In this document: in pieces, positions 1 to 11,672 of the stretch | Layout: every line of letters starts with the position of its first letter | How positions within the stretch are numbered: the stretch's first letter is position 1 | Origin: Kudoa neothunni | Taxonomy: Eukaryota > Animalia > Cnidaria | DNA length: 64,000 bases | Direction of reading: 5' to 3' | NCBI GenBank assembly: GCA_964304625.1 | Contig: OZ199840.1 | Span: 7,477,168 to 7,541,167 of the forward strand | Notes under the pieces: model-generated | Database searches by the model: none | What the model was told of the DNA's origin: nothing | What the model saw: the letters and a program-made list of their open reading frames with translations, nothing else | Position numbers and translations under genes: made by a program

Positions 1-1684
1 TTCGCTTCGTTAAAGAAAACATCATTCGTGAAGAATTTCTTTTTTGCAAGCCTATGAACACAACGACAACTGCTCAGGATATATTTAATGTAATCAAATC
101 TTTTTTTAATACTATGGAGATTCCATTAACTGTTATTGGGTCAATTTGTACGGATGGTGCTCTTGCGATGCTGGGTGTTAAATCTGGACTCGTTGCTCTC
201 ATGAGAAAGGAAATGCCTGATGTAATAGTCACGCACTGTATCCAACACCGTCAGTTTTTTTTGTTTACAAGGTAAAACCCCTGGCGCAACTTATTAGGTT
301 GTGGAATTCTGGTTGGTCAGACCTCTTCCATTAACGCTTTAGGCACCGCAGGACGTAACATGAAACCCCGTCACTTATCTTTATGCGGTAGTGTGGGACT
401 TTAACCCATTAAACATCCTCGTCTCATGGCGACCACCACCCCAAACCCTATCCCCTTAAGGACGTTGGCTCTGTGGGAACTGCAAATTACTTTGCCTTTC
501 GATGGGTTCCGGAGATTCAAACTGCTATTTACGTTCACCCCACTTCACACAAATCTGGCTGCCAGTGAATTCCACTCAACAGCGAGCGTACACTTTAACC
601 ACAGATCCCAAATATGGGATAGACACCCACCGGCGGATTCGAACCCATTACCTCAAGGTTTTGAGTCCGAGTGTCACACCAATGTGCTATCTGTCCACGG
701 CTAAACACCGTCAGTCCTTAATGTCGGAGACTTTGCCAGGACCTCTAAAAGACGTCATGGATGCATGTGTTAAAATAATTAATTTTATTCGCTCAAGGGC
801 ACTGAATCATCATTTGTTTAAGGCGTTTTGCAATGAACTTGGCATTGAATTCTCAGTTTTGTTATTTCATACAGAAGTAAGATTGTTTTCTCGTGGTAAA
901 GTCTTGGTTGGACTATTCATCTTAAGAAAGGAAGTTGAAGAATTCTTAAGAATGCAAAAGTCCAACCTTGCTAACGCTCTGGAGAATCCTACTTTTTCAG
1001 TAATACTAGCATACTTGGCAGATATATTTCAACACTTGAACGATTTAAATTGTTCAATTCAAGGGAAGGGAGATAACATGATGATAGCTTCTGAGAAACT
1101 GCGAACTATCAGGAAAAAACTAATCTTATTATATTCGAAAGTAGAAAATGGAAATCTTGCTAACTTTCCTTTACTCGACGAAGTTCTCCAAGATGGACAA
1201 CACTTCCATTGTAGGCAAGATATCATGAATAATACCACGTATCACATAAATAAATTGAGACTATCCTTTGATGGTTATTATTCTCCCGGCCATTAACAAG
1301 ATTCTGAAATTTGGATTGTTGATTCAATTTCATTTCATTTCATTTAATGTTAATAATACGAATAATGATGTTAATGATACAGAGGAATTAATGGATTTGC
1401 AAGAAAACTACACGATGAAGCTGAGGTACAATGAAAATTCACTTGAGAACTCTTGGTACAACGCCCAATGCAGTTACCCGTCCCTTGCAAAAAGAGCGTT
1501 GAAAATTCTTATCCCATTCGCGACAACCTGGTTGTGCGAATCAGGATTTTCATCTTTATTGTATTTAAACAATAAATTTAGAAATTTACTGAATCCAGTA
1601 AACGATTTACGCATCGCATTGACAAATGTAGAACCGCGATGTAAACTATTAGTGAAAGAACGCCAAGAGAGGGAAAGCCGATAA
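1..1684 (+). pseudogene. hAT (Buster/ZBED5/SCAND3-like) transposase, disrupted
   Basis: Motifs ICTDGA and HCIQHRQ (CxxH), RALNHHLF..LLFHTEVR, LAYLADIFQHLNDLN, and dimerisation domain LIPFATTWLCESGFS. Split by a SINE at 256-703, a stop at 1294-1296 and a frameshift near 1300-1340. Removing the SINE plus one TSD restores THCIQHRQSLMSETLP. Confidence 0.92.
256..703 (-). mobile_element. tRNA-derived SINE (448 bp) with oligo-A tail and 12-bp TSD
   Basis: Perfect direct repeat AACACCGTCAGT at 244-255 and 704-715. The minus-strand head has A box TAGCACATTGG (689-679) and B box GGTTCGAATCC (645-635). The 3' end is GTAAAC plus an A-run (T-run at 255-262 on +). Clearly more GC-rich than its flanks. 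Confidence 0.9.
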
Positions 1685-2039
1685 ATCAAAATTAAACTCA
1701 ATAATTTTTAAATGTGTTATCATTTTTTTGAATCTTGATCTCTTATACGTTTATCAAAGTGACTGAATTTGATATCAAATTTAATATATATATATATCAG
1801 CTAGATATCTGACTATACGCAATATTTTATTAATCGTTTTATAAAATAAATAAAGTATTTGCTTATTTTATTCATAAAGTAGTAGCAATTAATCGACTAA
1901 AATCACTAAAATTATTTTAATATATTTCTTTATAAAGTATAAAATTAATGTGCATTATTTGGAATATAAACTTAAAGAAAAAAAACCACAAATTTACCAA
2001 TAATATTTTTATAAATATTAACATGGGGATGCGAAATTG

Positions 2040-2720
2040 GGTTTGATATTCGTTTGGGGGTGCGGGGAAAAATAAGGGGGAAACGCCGCATTAGAGTGAT
2101 TGAGCGAGCCCCTATCAGTATATGTGGTTACAATTCGTTCCAAAGTCGGAACATCTCTCTTCTCAGTTTCCACCGTAAAGACTCTACCTTCCCCATCCAC
2201 ACCACCAAATATCCAAACATTTTGATTACGGAGAATTCTACCAACCTCAAATTTTTTTTACACATTTGACTTTCGTCAATTTGTACTTTTATACCAGACC
2301 CATCAACTTTATTCGGGTATAATAGGAAATGGCTTAAACACAGATCGCTAATAAGTTTTTCCAATCAACGGTCATTGAATTTGAAGCAACTCACAGTTCC
2401 TTCATTAGAAACGATTGTTTAGTTCCCAACACTCCGTAAATACAATAATTTGAGGACCTGGTACAGAGGAAATTGGGATTGATAAAAGAATGTATCCTTC
2501 CGCAGCGAATATTCAGTTCTGCATGTTTTCAAACAGCAGCGGAAACTGCATCCACCAGCAGATTTGCTTCTAGGTGAAAGTTTCATTAGGTTTCCACATA
2601 TACAACTTCTTGGTCCAGGATGAAGACCAAGGTTCTGAAAAAATCTATTAAATCTTCTTGATTTGATCTGAAGTAACAGATATCCTCGAAGCTTACATTA
2701 TCAAGATTTTCCAAAGAATA
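2040..2720 (-). pseudogene. Merlin / IS1595 (ISXO2-like) transposase relic 1
   Basis: Cys-rich N-terminus (RSCICG..GCSFRCCLKTC..SLRKDTFF), KVQIDES catalytic motif, WIFGGVDGEGRVF and KRDVPTLERIV, spread over frameshifted frames. Confidence 0.8.
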
Positions 2721-2722
2721 TA

Positions 2723-3914
2723 TATGGGCTGATCAAAAAGTATTGAGACTTTTTAAATATCTCTTCGTACGACAAGGAGGTATTTTTAAAAAATAGAATG
2801 TTATAAAAAGTATGAATTCACATATTTTTGTGAAAAAAATTTAACGAATGAATCATAAAATAAAAAATGGCAACTAGTTGTTTAAATCGCTAAATTGGCC
2901 GACGTCGCTCGCGAGAACGTCAGAAAATCACGAGTAGAGAATTTGTATTAAATTATGTGTAAAACTGGGAAAAAGCAGTGCCGAGACTTATGAAATGTTT
3001 CAAAAAGCATTCTTAGACAATTCAATGAGTAGAAATAGAGTGTTTGAGCGGCGTAAACGATTTAAAGAGGGTAGAAATTCGATTGATGGTGTGGATTGTT
3101 CTGGTCGACCTATAATTAGCAGAAATCATGTAAAAGTTAATGATGTTAAGGATATGATCGATTTCGAACGTAGACTTACCATTAGGGAAATCTCTAATGA
3201 TATTGGAACATTTTTTGGATCATGCCAAGTAGTTTTGACTGATGATCTTCGTATGAGGAGAGTTGCGGCCAAATTTGTCCCACGAGTGCTCACATCCGAG
3301 CAAAAAGAATTGCGGCTAATTACTTCAAAAGATCTACTTCAACGCTCATCAAAAGACGATGAATTCACGAATTTTATCGTAACTGGTGATAAAACTTGGG
3401 TTTATGGTTATGATCCCGAAACGAAAGTTTAATCTTACATTTGAAAAACGTCATCGTCGCCCAGATCAAAGAAAGCCCGCCAAGTTCGAAGTAAAATCAA
3501 AGTTTTACTCACAGAATCTTTTGATATCCAGGGGATAATTTATGAATACGCACCTGAAGCTTGTACAGTTACAACTGAGTATTACCTCAGAGTTTCGCGG
3601 AATTTACGGGATGCCATTCGTCGTAAACAACCCCACATGCATTCCCCGGGGCGTTGGATACTACATCACAATAATGCCCTCTCACACAAATCTTTAAAAA
3701 TTCAAGGTTTTTTAACAAAAATTAAATTACAACTTAAAGGAAGGAGATTCCACTCCATTGAGGAAATAAAACAGAATGCGACGGAGCAGCTTAAGACGCT
3801 GGAAAAAATGTATTGATGCAGACGGAGAGTATTTCAAGGAGATTAAAAAAATCATTATATTTGTATGTATGTTTTTTAATTTAAAAAGCCTCGATACTTG
3901 TTGAACACCCCATT
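2723..3914 (+). mobile_element. mariner element with degenerate transposase
   Basis: Imperfect TIRs TATGGGCTGATCAAAAAGTATTGAGACTTTTTAAAT (2723-2758) and ATTTAAAAAGCCTCGATACTTGTTGAACACCCCATT (3879-3914), TA on both sides. Protein motifs AAKFVPRVLT, IVTGDKTWVYGYDPETK and LHHNNALSH, with stops and an internal deletion. Confidence 0.9.
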
Positions 3915-3939
3915 TATATTAGGAAGCGTGCCGCGAAGT

Positions 3940-4590
3940 AGGTTTTCCTAAAGGATAATGGAAGAACTGTATTTTCTCCCCTAAATTCTATTAGTGTGAA
4001 TTCCTTGGGGCGAAAATAAATGCTTTTTACGAATGACAGTGTCATAGATAAGTTACAAGTTGGTCAAACATGTATAATCTGTCTAGCCATCAGTCCAAAT
4101 AGCTTTGCCTTCTTCAATGTTGTTAACAATGATTTTTTCCTGCATTTTTCTATTTTTTTCTTTGAAAATTCTTAAAAAATAATTTTAATTTTTGTTGATT
4201 CCTCCGATCATCCGGTAACGTTGATTTTTTAGAATTCGACCAACACCATATTTCCGTTTGCAGATATCGTCAGTTAGTTTGAAATGGTGTTCCATCCACT
4301 TATTGTTGTGTAAAAACCAATTCCGATGTGAAATTTTGATGCCGAATTAAACGTACCGTTAGCAGAAATATTTTATATAAAGGGGGATTTGACTTTTCAA
4401 AAATACCTCCTTTTCTTACAGAACTCTTTTTATTACACGCGTAGCATTTAACTTGGACGTTAACACCGGTATCTGTCTGATACACAAACAAGTTCTCTCG
4501 TCACGTGAACATTTTGTGCGCTTATGCAAAAAAAATGTTTGGACGTATTTTGATAGTATAGGTACTCCCTAAAATTTTCATAATCCATAA
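3940..4590 (-). pseudogene. Merlin / IS1595-like transposase relic 2
   Basis: KCYACNKKSSVRKGGIFEKS, CKRKYGVGRILKNQ..IGGI, IEEGKAIWTDG and HTNRI fragments in shifting frames. Confidence 0.7.
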
Positions 4591-4906
4591 TCGATATGCT
4601 ATTTATATTTTCGAATGTAATTTTTTTTTGAATTCGTACGTGGGCGATATTTTGATCTGGAAAATATACGACGATAAACCAGTTAATGTAGGATAGCCAA
4701 CAAATCTGGGAATGCATGATTCCCAAAGTTTGTTAGGAGATCCTCGTTTCTCTATCCTTTAAGGCTTAATGAGTGTATTTGGGATAAGAATAACTTATTA
4801 TAATTTGATTGAATATATCTTTTTTGAATGATGTGTGGTAATGATCTTGATTATTTACTGAATTATTGTGGTCTTATTGATTGTCAAATTTCCGGTGATA
4901 TGTAAT

Positions 4907-5067
4907 GGAAATGGCTATTGGCACGGAAAATAATATTCAGATGGCAGATTCTAAAAAATTAAATCTACTACCAGCTCGTAAGTTGGAGTTGCCGAAATTA
5001 AAAATTCCCGCTGCGCAAGCGGACATGCCGTTTAGGATTAAATTTTCCCGTGCCAATAGCTTCTGCC
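4907..5067. mobile_element. MITE family A, copy 1 (161 bp)
   Basis: Imperfect 18-bp TIRs (GGAAATGGCTATTGGCAC / GTGCCAATAGCTTCTGCC). 9-bp flanks ATATGTAAT / GTATGTAAT match 8/9. Reverse-complement homologue of 11049-11208. Confidence 0.85.
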
Positions 5068-5542
5068 GTATGTAATCGGAAATTGCTCCATCAAGTGTTT
5101 CATCAAACTTATATATTTAACAACGATATAAACCATTTATTTTAACTAATGGATGAACATGGAATGAGTAAAGACTCCCGTGATAATTAAACATCGAAAG
5201 GTAGTTGTAATTAGGCTGTGGCTATTTCACAGACAATTAATATCTCTAAAACTAGCCAGTCGAATTTACTGTAAATTTATGCATTGATATAATCCATTAA
5301 TATCAATTGGGTTGTAAATTTTTAAACATATAGAGATGTTATATAGGTGACCCTAAAATAAAGCACATGGCTGCATGTGAACAGGTTTTTTTGCTTTAGA
5401 AACAGATTAGCAATTTAAGTATTCGTTCGAAAATGTATTAAACAGTTTTATAAATCTATAACGACAATTTTTCATGATTATGTGCGTGTTACTCTTTAAT
5501 TTGTGTGCCAGAGTGATGAAACAGAATTTATTTAACGTTCGC

Positions 5543-5840
5543 ATGGAGTTTAATTCTTTTGATGGATTAGAAAGTGCTATAAAGATTTATGAATGGACAT
5601 CATATTTTAGCTTGTATTAATGCCGGGAAGAATCCTCTTAAATATTAAATGCACAATAACTAAATTAACCAATCCGTTCTCGTTACTGCGAAATTACATA
5701 TCGATGTATTTTCGGTGGTACTAATAGGCACACAAAGAATTAATAATGAAATAAAAGAAAATTCAAAAATTATTGATCTGTTAAATTTGCACTGAGGATT
5801 TCCAATGACGGATTGTTTACTGAATTGCGTAGTTCTATTT
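5543..5840 (+). pseudogene. Mutator/ZSWIM3-like transposase N-terminal relic
   Basis: MEFNSFDGLESAIKIYE..., YCEITYRCIFGG and VKFALRISNDG resemble the ZSWIM3_N/FAR1-like N-terminal domain of MULE transposases; multiple stops. Confidence 0.45.
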
Positions 5841-8475
5841 TGGGTGTAACCACCGTCGAAGCACCATAAGTATATAATGTATGTATTTATCTACAAATTT
5901 TTACAAAATTATATATATTGGATTTATTTTAATATATAAAATTTAAATAAAGTCTATCCGTTAGTTTTAGATATATTAGTTTCCAGCGAAAGAGCCACTG
6001 CATTGTAGTAACGCAAATCAATTGTGTTCACAAAAAGAACCCAAAAATATCAATCCCAACCATTACCGACTGTTATCGTACGTTACATATACTACAGTAA
6101 TTTTAAATAGGTTCTAATTTGAATGAAAAATGGAATTATTACACAACATTTTTATGCCATTCGGGGACCGATGTTGTACTTGACTTGAAAATTTTTTGAT
6201 ATTATAACGGATACATTTATGGATTTTAAAGTGTAATATCATCAAAATCTTGTTTTTCTACACATAAGTTTTGTCCAGTATTGGAGATGAAATTCTGTTA
6301 CAATTGGATAAATATCTAGGAATGATAGATTCGAAAAAAAATAATTATTTTTCCAATAATAAAACTTGGAAGTAACAAATCAAAAGATTTTCCTAATGAT
6401 AACTTTACCTGATATAATATTTACGTTGTTCCTTTTTTTATAATTATTTTCATTTGACCTGAGCATTATATGTGCAATATACTTCACCTTTCGTAAGAGT
6501 GCAATGAGTGTTTGGCTCTTAAAAAGGAGTGTGACGGCCGCCTTATTCTTTTCAAAAGGAATGAGCTTGATTTTAGTTAAGAGGCATTGCTCTAATCAAT
6601 AATATATTTTTTGCAGTATAAATTGGGGTAATTAAAAGACTTTTGTAGCATTCACATATGAAATACTTCGAAGCAGTATTGTACTTTCTACGAATCTATA
6701 ATTTGTCTGATTGGTCAACTCCCTATTGAATGGTGTATCATTATTAACCATGATGTTTATTTTTTTTAGTTTTCGAAAAATTTTGTAACTTAATTAAAGT
6801 ATTTAAGCTTCATAAACATTTGATCAAATTGTGAACTTTATAATCCACATAAGAAAAAAACACATACATTGTCGCGGGTAGAAAATGGCGGATATGCAGA
6901 GTTATAGATTGTTTTTGCTTCCACATCACCTTTAATTTTCAATGTTACCGTTAAGATGATATCATGATATGAAAACACTGGATACATTAATTCGTTATTT
7001 TTCTTAACCCCGAGGTTACTTGCTACATACTAATAACTAAGTTAATATAGTATTATCTAATTAATATCTAAAAAATTTTATATTTGGAAAATAACTAATA
7101 GTACATTTTTTAAATATTAAATTACAAGATTAGAATTATGTCGGGGGAGGTTTAATTTATTTAATTAGAATAGGATTAACGAGCGGCTCTAAGTAGAATC
7201 CTCCAAAAGAAACTGATTTGTTAACTCCGTATTCATCTCCTAAACTTTTCAAAACATTATAATGTTATTCTATGTGGATGGTTGAATTAGGATAACTTAA
7301 AAAATTGTTGTTGGTTAATTGGAAACTTGTGCATCTGCCATATGTTTGTTCTATTCATCCAATTATTTTATTCCGTATTTTTAAATTAATTGTACACGTT
7401 TATTATTTTTCAAATGTATTATAGTGTTTTTAGTAGGTTTATATTACAAAAGAAAAGTTTAATTTTAAATGCTCCAAAAAATGATTGAATATTACTACAG
7501 TTCGTATGGAGCATGATTTTTCGGGGGTAAATCTATATTAATTCAATTTTGCATGTTAGATTGATCGATTGAATTCGTATTTTAAAATCTATTTGATACT
7601 GTTCTCTTTTTAAAAAAAAGTAGACTAAACATTGCTTGTGTTGGGATGAGTTAACAAATTGAAACATATAGAGACACTGCTTAGTATTAAGCCTCAACAG
7701 ATATATGTATATCATACAACAAAATTTTGAACTTCGATAGGATCAGCAATACATTTGTATTGTGGTAGTTTATTTTTTGGCCATTATATTCAATTGTTAA
7801 CACAGTAGCGCTCAAAATATAAAATTTTATCGATCGTATGAATAAATTATCAATTTTCATTTCGTTTTCTTATATCAATATATAAACCATTCATATTATT
7901 CGTTGCTATCATCGCGTTTCATCTGTTTTGTATTTATGTGGCCGTCGCTAGAGGATATGACAACTCCAATACATAGATATTATCTATAAATTAATTACCC
8001 CTCGTCAATATTATCAAAATTTCATCTTTAAAAATTCCGATAAAATTCTCGAATGTTATTAATATATGATGATTAAGGCTCATCAAAGTGTCAAGAAATA
8101 ATAGTATTAAATAAGTAAGGTTTTTATTGAACATTAAAAATTAAACCTGTGAGGATATACCGCACATAGCTCTATAAATCAATAATATGTGAACGCGATT
8201 CGTAAAAGCATTCAGTATATCCCAAAACAATATATTAAACACCAGGTATTCACAAAAAAGTTATTTCTATGACAGCGATAAATCCACTTTCGTAAGTTAA
8301 ACTGTATAGTTTGAAAACAGCAGATGCATATATGCAAAAATTTAATATTATTTTTATTAAACGCAAAAATATTCATTAGCCATATACAATTGCTTACATC
8401 GGAGATTATACGAAAGGCACACATCGTAATGTCGATTTCATCCGAGCGAATCAAAATTAGTGGACTGGTCACAAT

Positions 8476-9852
8476 ATGGACGAGGAGTATGACGCAATAC
8501 TGTTGGGCACAGGGATGTCTGAATGCGTTTTGAGTGGACTGCTGTCCGCATCAGGAAAAAAAGTGTTACACGTTGACAAGAACGACTATTATGGCGGTGA
8601 ACTTGCTTCATTGAATTTGGACCAGTTGTTTACCAAATTCAGCAATCAGAAGGCACCTTCAAAATATGGCGACTCTAAAGATTGGAATGTAGATTTGTGT
8701 TTGAAGTTGATCATGGCAGAAAGCGACCTAGTTAAAATGTTTGTTTACACCCAGGTTACTCGTTATATCGAGTTCAAACAGGTTGATGGCAGTTTTGTTG
8801 CTCACAAACAAGCCATACACAAGGTCCCTGTCACCGAGGGTGAGGTTATACGCTCGGGAATGTTGGGGTTGTTCGACAAGAAACGTATGTATTGTATGGT
8901 TTCTGATGCGAACAAATGTGACTTCAATAAAAATGAAGTACCTGTTGAGTTCAATGCACAAACCACAATGGAACAGGTTTTTGACAAATATAAGCTCTCT
9001 CCAGATACTCGCTATTTGGTCGGTCATGTTATTGCGTTACATCAGACCGATGAATACCTAAAGAGACCTTGTCTGGATACTTATAAACGAATGAGAACCT
9101 ACTCTCAATCATTAAGTCGTTTTGGCAAAAGTCCATACATCTACCCAATGTATGGATTGGGTGAAATACCACAAGGATTCGCACGCCTTTCCGCAGTTTA
9201 CGGGGCCACCTACATGCTTAGAACTCCCGTGGACGAGATTATTCGTGACGGAGATGGTAGTTTCACTGGTGTGAGAATTGGAGAAAACATTGTGAAGGCC
9301 AAAATGGTTGTTGGCGATCCTTCCTATTTTCCGGATTTGGTCGAAAAGGTTGGTTCTGTTGTGAGATGTATATGCTTGTTGGATCACCCCGTCGCAGGAA
9401 CCAATAATGTTGGAAGTTGCCAGATTATTATTCCTGGCCACCAAGCCCACAGAAAATCAGACATCTATGTTGGTGTCGTATCAAAAACTACTGAGTCATG
9501 TGCTTCAAATTATTATGTGGCTGTTGTTACTGCCAATGTGGAGCATCCTGAAGATCCATCAATAGATGTCAAACCTGGTTTGGCATTTTTGGGTGCAGTT
9601 TCTGATTCATTTATGTTTGTGTCGGACGTTTTCCACCCAAAGAATGATGGAACCAAAAATAAGGTATCCCTAGATGTGGATCCTTATGTTTGATTTTATG
9701 ATTGTATATTTTAGATCTTTATCTCTAAATCCTATGACGCGACCACTCATTTTGATACAGCCACTGATGACATCAACGATATTTGGGTGAGAATTACTGG
9801 AAAACCATTGGACATTGAAACGCTCGCTCAAAATATTCCCCAAGCCGAATAG
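8476..9852 (+). CDS. GDI: Rab GDP dissociation inhibitor (2 exons: 8476-9663, 9715-9852; 441 aa)
   Basis: MDEEYDAILLGTG..ECVLSGLLS..GKKVLHVDKNDYYGG and SPYIYPMYGLGEIPQGFARLSAVYG. A 51-bp GT-AG intron at 9664-9714 restores the conserved IFISKSYDATTHF and the stop at 9850-9852. Confidence 0.97.
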
Positions 9853-10059
9853 AATAGTATTTGTTTCTAATAAGATAACATTTCTTGTTTCGCTACAAAT
9901 TGTGGGGTCACAAGATATTTTTATTTCTCATATTAAATGTTTAATCGTAATCATTGTGTTGTTTTTTTACGCATAATGTCCGGTGATTTTATTGTATACT
10001 GTCACATTATACTTGGGTCGTAATTATGATCTCCCCTTCTATAGTGTGTATTCTTAGTA

Positions 10060-11672
10060 TAGTAGGTAATCGATTTTCCGTAATCCCCTTGGGACCAGAA
10101 CAAAGTTTCTGAAAATGCATCATTGCTCAATTTTACTTATTTTGTTTAATGCGTGTGCGGAAAATTAAAAACATTTTGTATTGAAGTGATATTATGAGGT
10201 TCACAATTATTAATTTTTAGAAATATTTTAACATAGCTTGGAAAAAATCTGGTGGCTAAGTATTTAGATCGTTATCATATGCAATAATGAGGGTTTTAAA
10301 TGAAGTGCTTTTTTAGTTGGACTTTAAAAATAAATTTTTTGTTTACTGAGAGATAGTAGTTAACTTGTTGAACTTTTTTAGTGATACGCGAATGATGTTA
10401 TATAATTTATTTTCATGATTAAAAGTTGGGCTACAAAAATATACGTATAAATTGTTAACAGTTCTTTTGAAATTACTATTTTAAAAAATAGGTATATTTT
10501 AAATGTTTCATCATCATCCTCGCATTCTTATTTTTCTCGAATTGAATGAGTAAATTTTTATTGGCGTTAAAAAATCGTTAATTCTTATGATGACAAATCA
10601 AAGGGCGCTTTGAACTACTCCTAGAGATGGAAGTATAAAATTAGCTCATCAATCATTTTCGATCTCTTTCGAGGTGTAAATTGGATTATACGCGTAAATC
10701 GAAACTTACTTTAGAAAATTTGTACATATTACAATAATAAAACACTGTTTTGTTGATTGAATACTATAGTTGTATATAAAGTTAAAAGAGCCCTGTAGAA
10801 TATCTTGCAGCAATATCACTAAATTTTCTTACCAGTTATCGTAACAGTTTCAAGTGTATGAATGGCCATCAAAACAAATAGACCATTTTTAAATTAAGGC
10901 GCAACTTAGAACTATAAAATCTCCTAAATGTAATAACTTTTTTAGTTAAACTCCTTTGCTAATTTTTTTCACATTTAATGGTCTATAATAAATCATATTT
11001 GTTAACCCTAATGCCTCTAATCTATTGCAAATTATAGCACAAAAATTAGGTAGAGGCTATTGATACAGTAAAATTTAATCCTAAATGGCATGTCCACTTG
11101 AGCAAAGAGAATTTTTAATCCCAGTAACTCCAACTTTCAAGCTGATTTTATATTTAATTTTTTAGAATATGCTATATTTAATTATTTACCGTGCCAATAG
11201 CCACTCCCTAAAAGTTATTATTTGATTCCTCATCCAGGATGTTCCTTTTGGATGAATTCAAATTTATTTTATGAGAAAATTAACTCGACATTCTTATTTT
11301 CGCAGCCTTCAAACCAGAAATATGTACGAGATCAAAATCTCGAAATTTAAAAGATTTATCTATTTCATTCGCAAATTTTTAAATAATGGAAAAAATATTT
11401 AACTGTTTTTACGTCTAAATGATTTGCAATGATATTATGGATGCAATTAATCAAAGCAGAGAATTTTGAAAATTAGAGTCGAAGCCGAAAACCGTCGTAA
11501 AGTCGATAATCTCTATTTTTTATAAAATAACTTCCTTATAAATTACTTTTTATGTAACTGAAATTAACAATTACATAAAATAAACTGTCTGAAGTTACAA
11601 AAATAGTGTTGGCTCTGATAATCATTTATAAAAGAGAAAAAAGTAAAAGTACGAAAAATCGATTACCTAGTG
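10060..11672. mobile_element. Tc1/mariner-type TIR element without recognisable intact transposase
   Basis: TAGTAGGTAATCGATTTTCCGTA (10060-10082) and TACGAAAAATCGATTACCTAGTG (11650-11672) are 20/23 inverted matches, both flanked by TA. Contains MITE A copy 2. Confidence 0.65.
11049..11208. mobile_element. MITE family A, copy 2 (160 bp)
   Basis: Termini GGTAGAGGCTATTGATAC / GTGCCAATAGCCACTCCC. Flanks CAAAAATTA / TAAAAGTTA match 7/9. Internal sequence aligns to the reverse complement of 4907-5067. Confidence 0.8.

Noticed and set aside
620-703. tRNA gene on the minus strand
   Set aside because: A and B boxes are present but there is no proper acceptor stem; it is the head of a TSD-flanked SINE.
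426-715. ORF 426-704 and the N-terminus of ORF 502-1296 as novel proteins
   Set aside because: Both are chance antisense translations of the SINE; only the part after 704 is transposase.
8728-9450. Overlapping and antisense ORFs within GDI
   Set aside because: Shadow ORFs of a relatively GC-rich coding region with no recognisable motifs.
9664-9693. GDI C-terminus VSLDVDPYV from the ORF track
   Set aside because: Intron read-through; the spliced exon gives the conserved YDATTHF motif.
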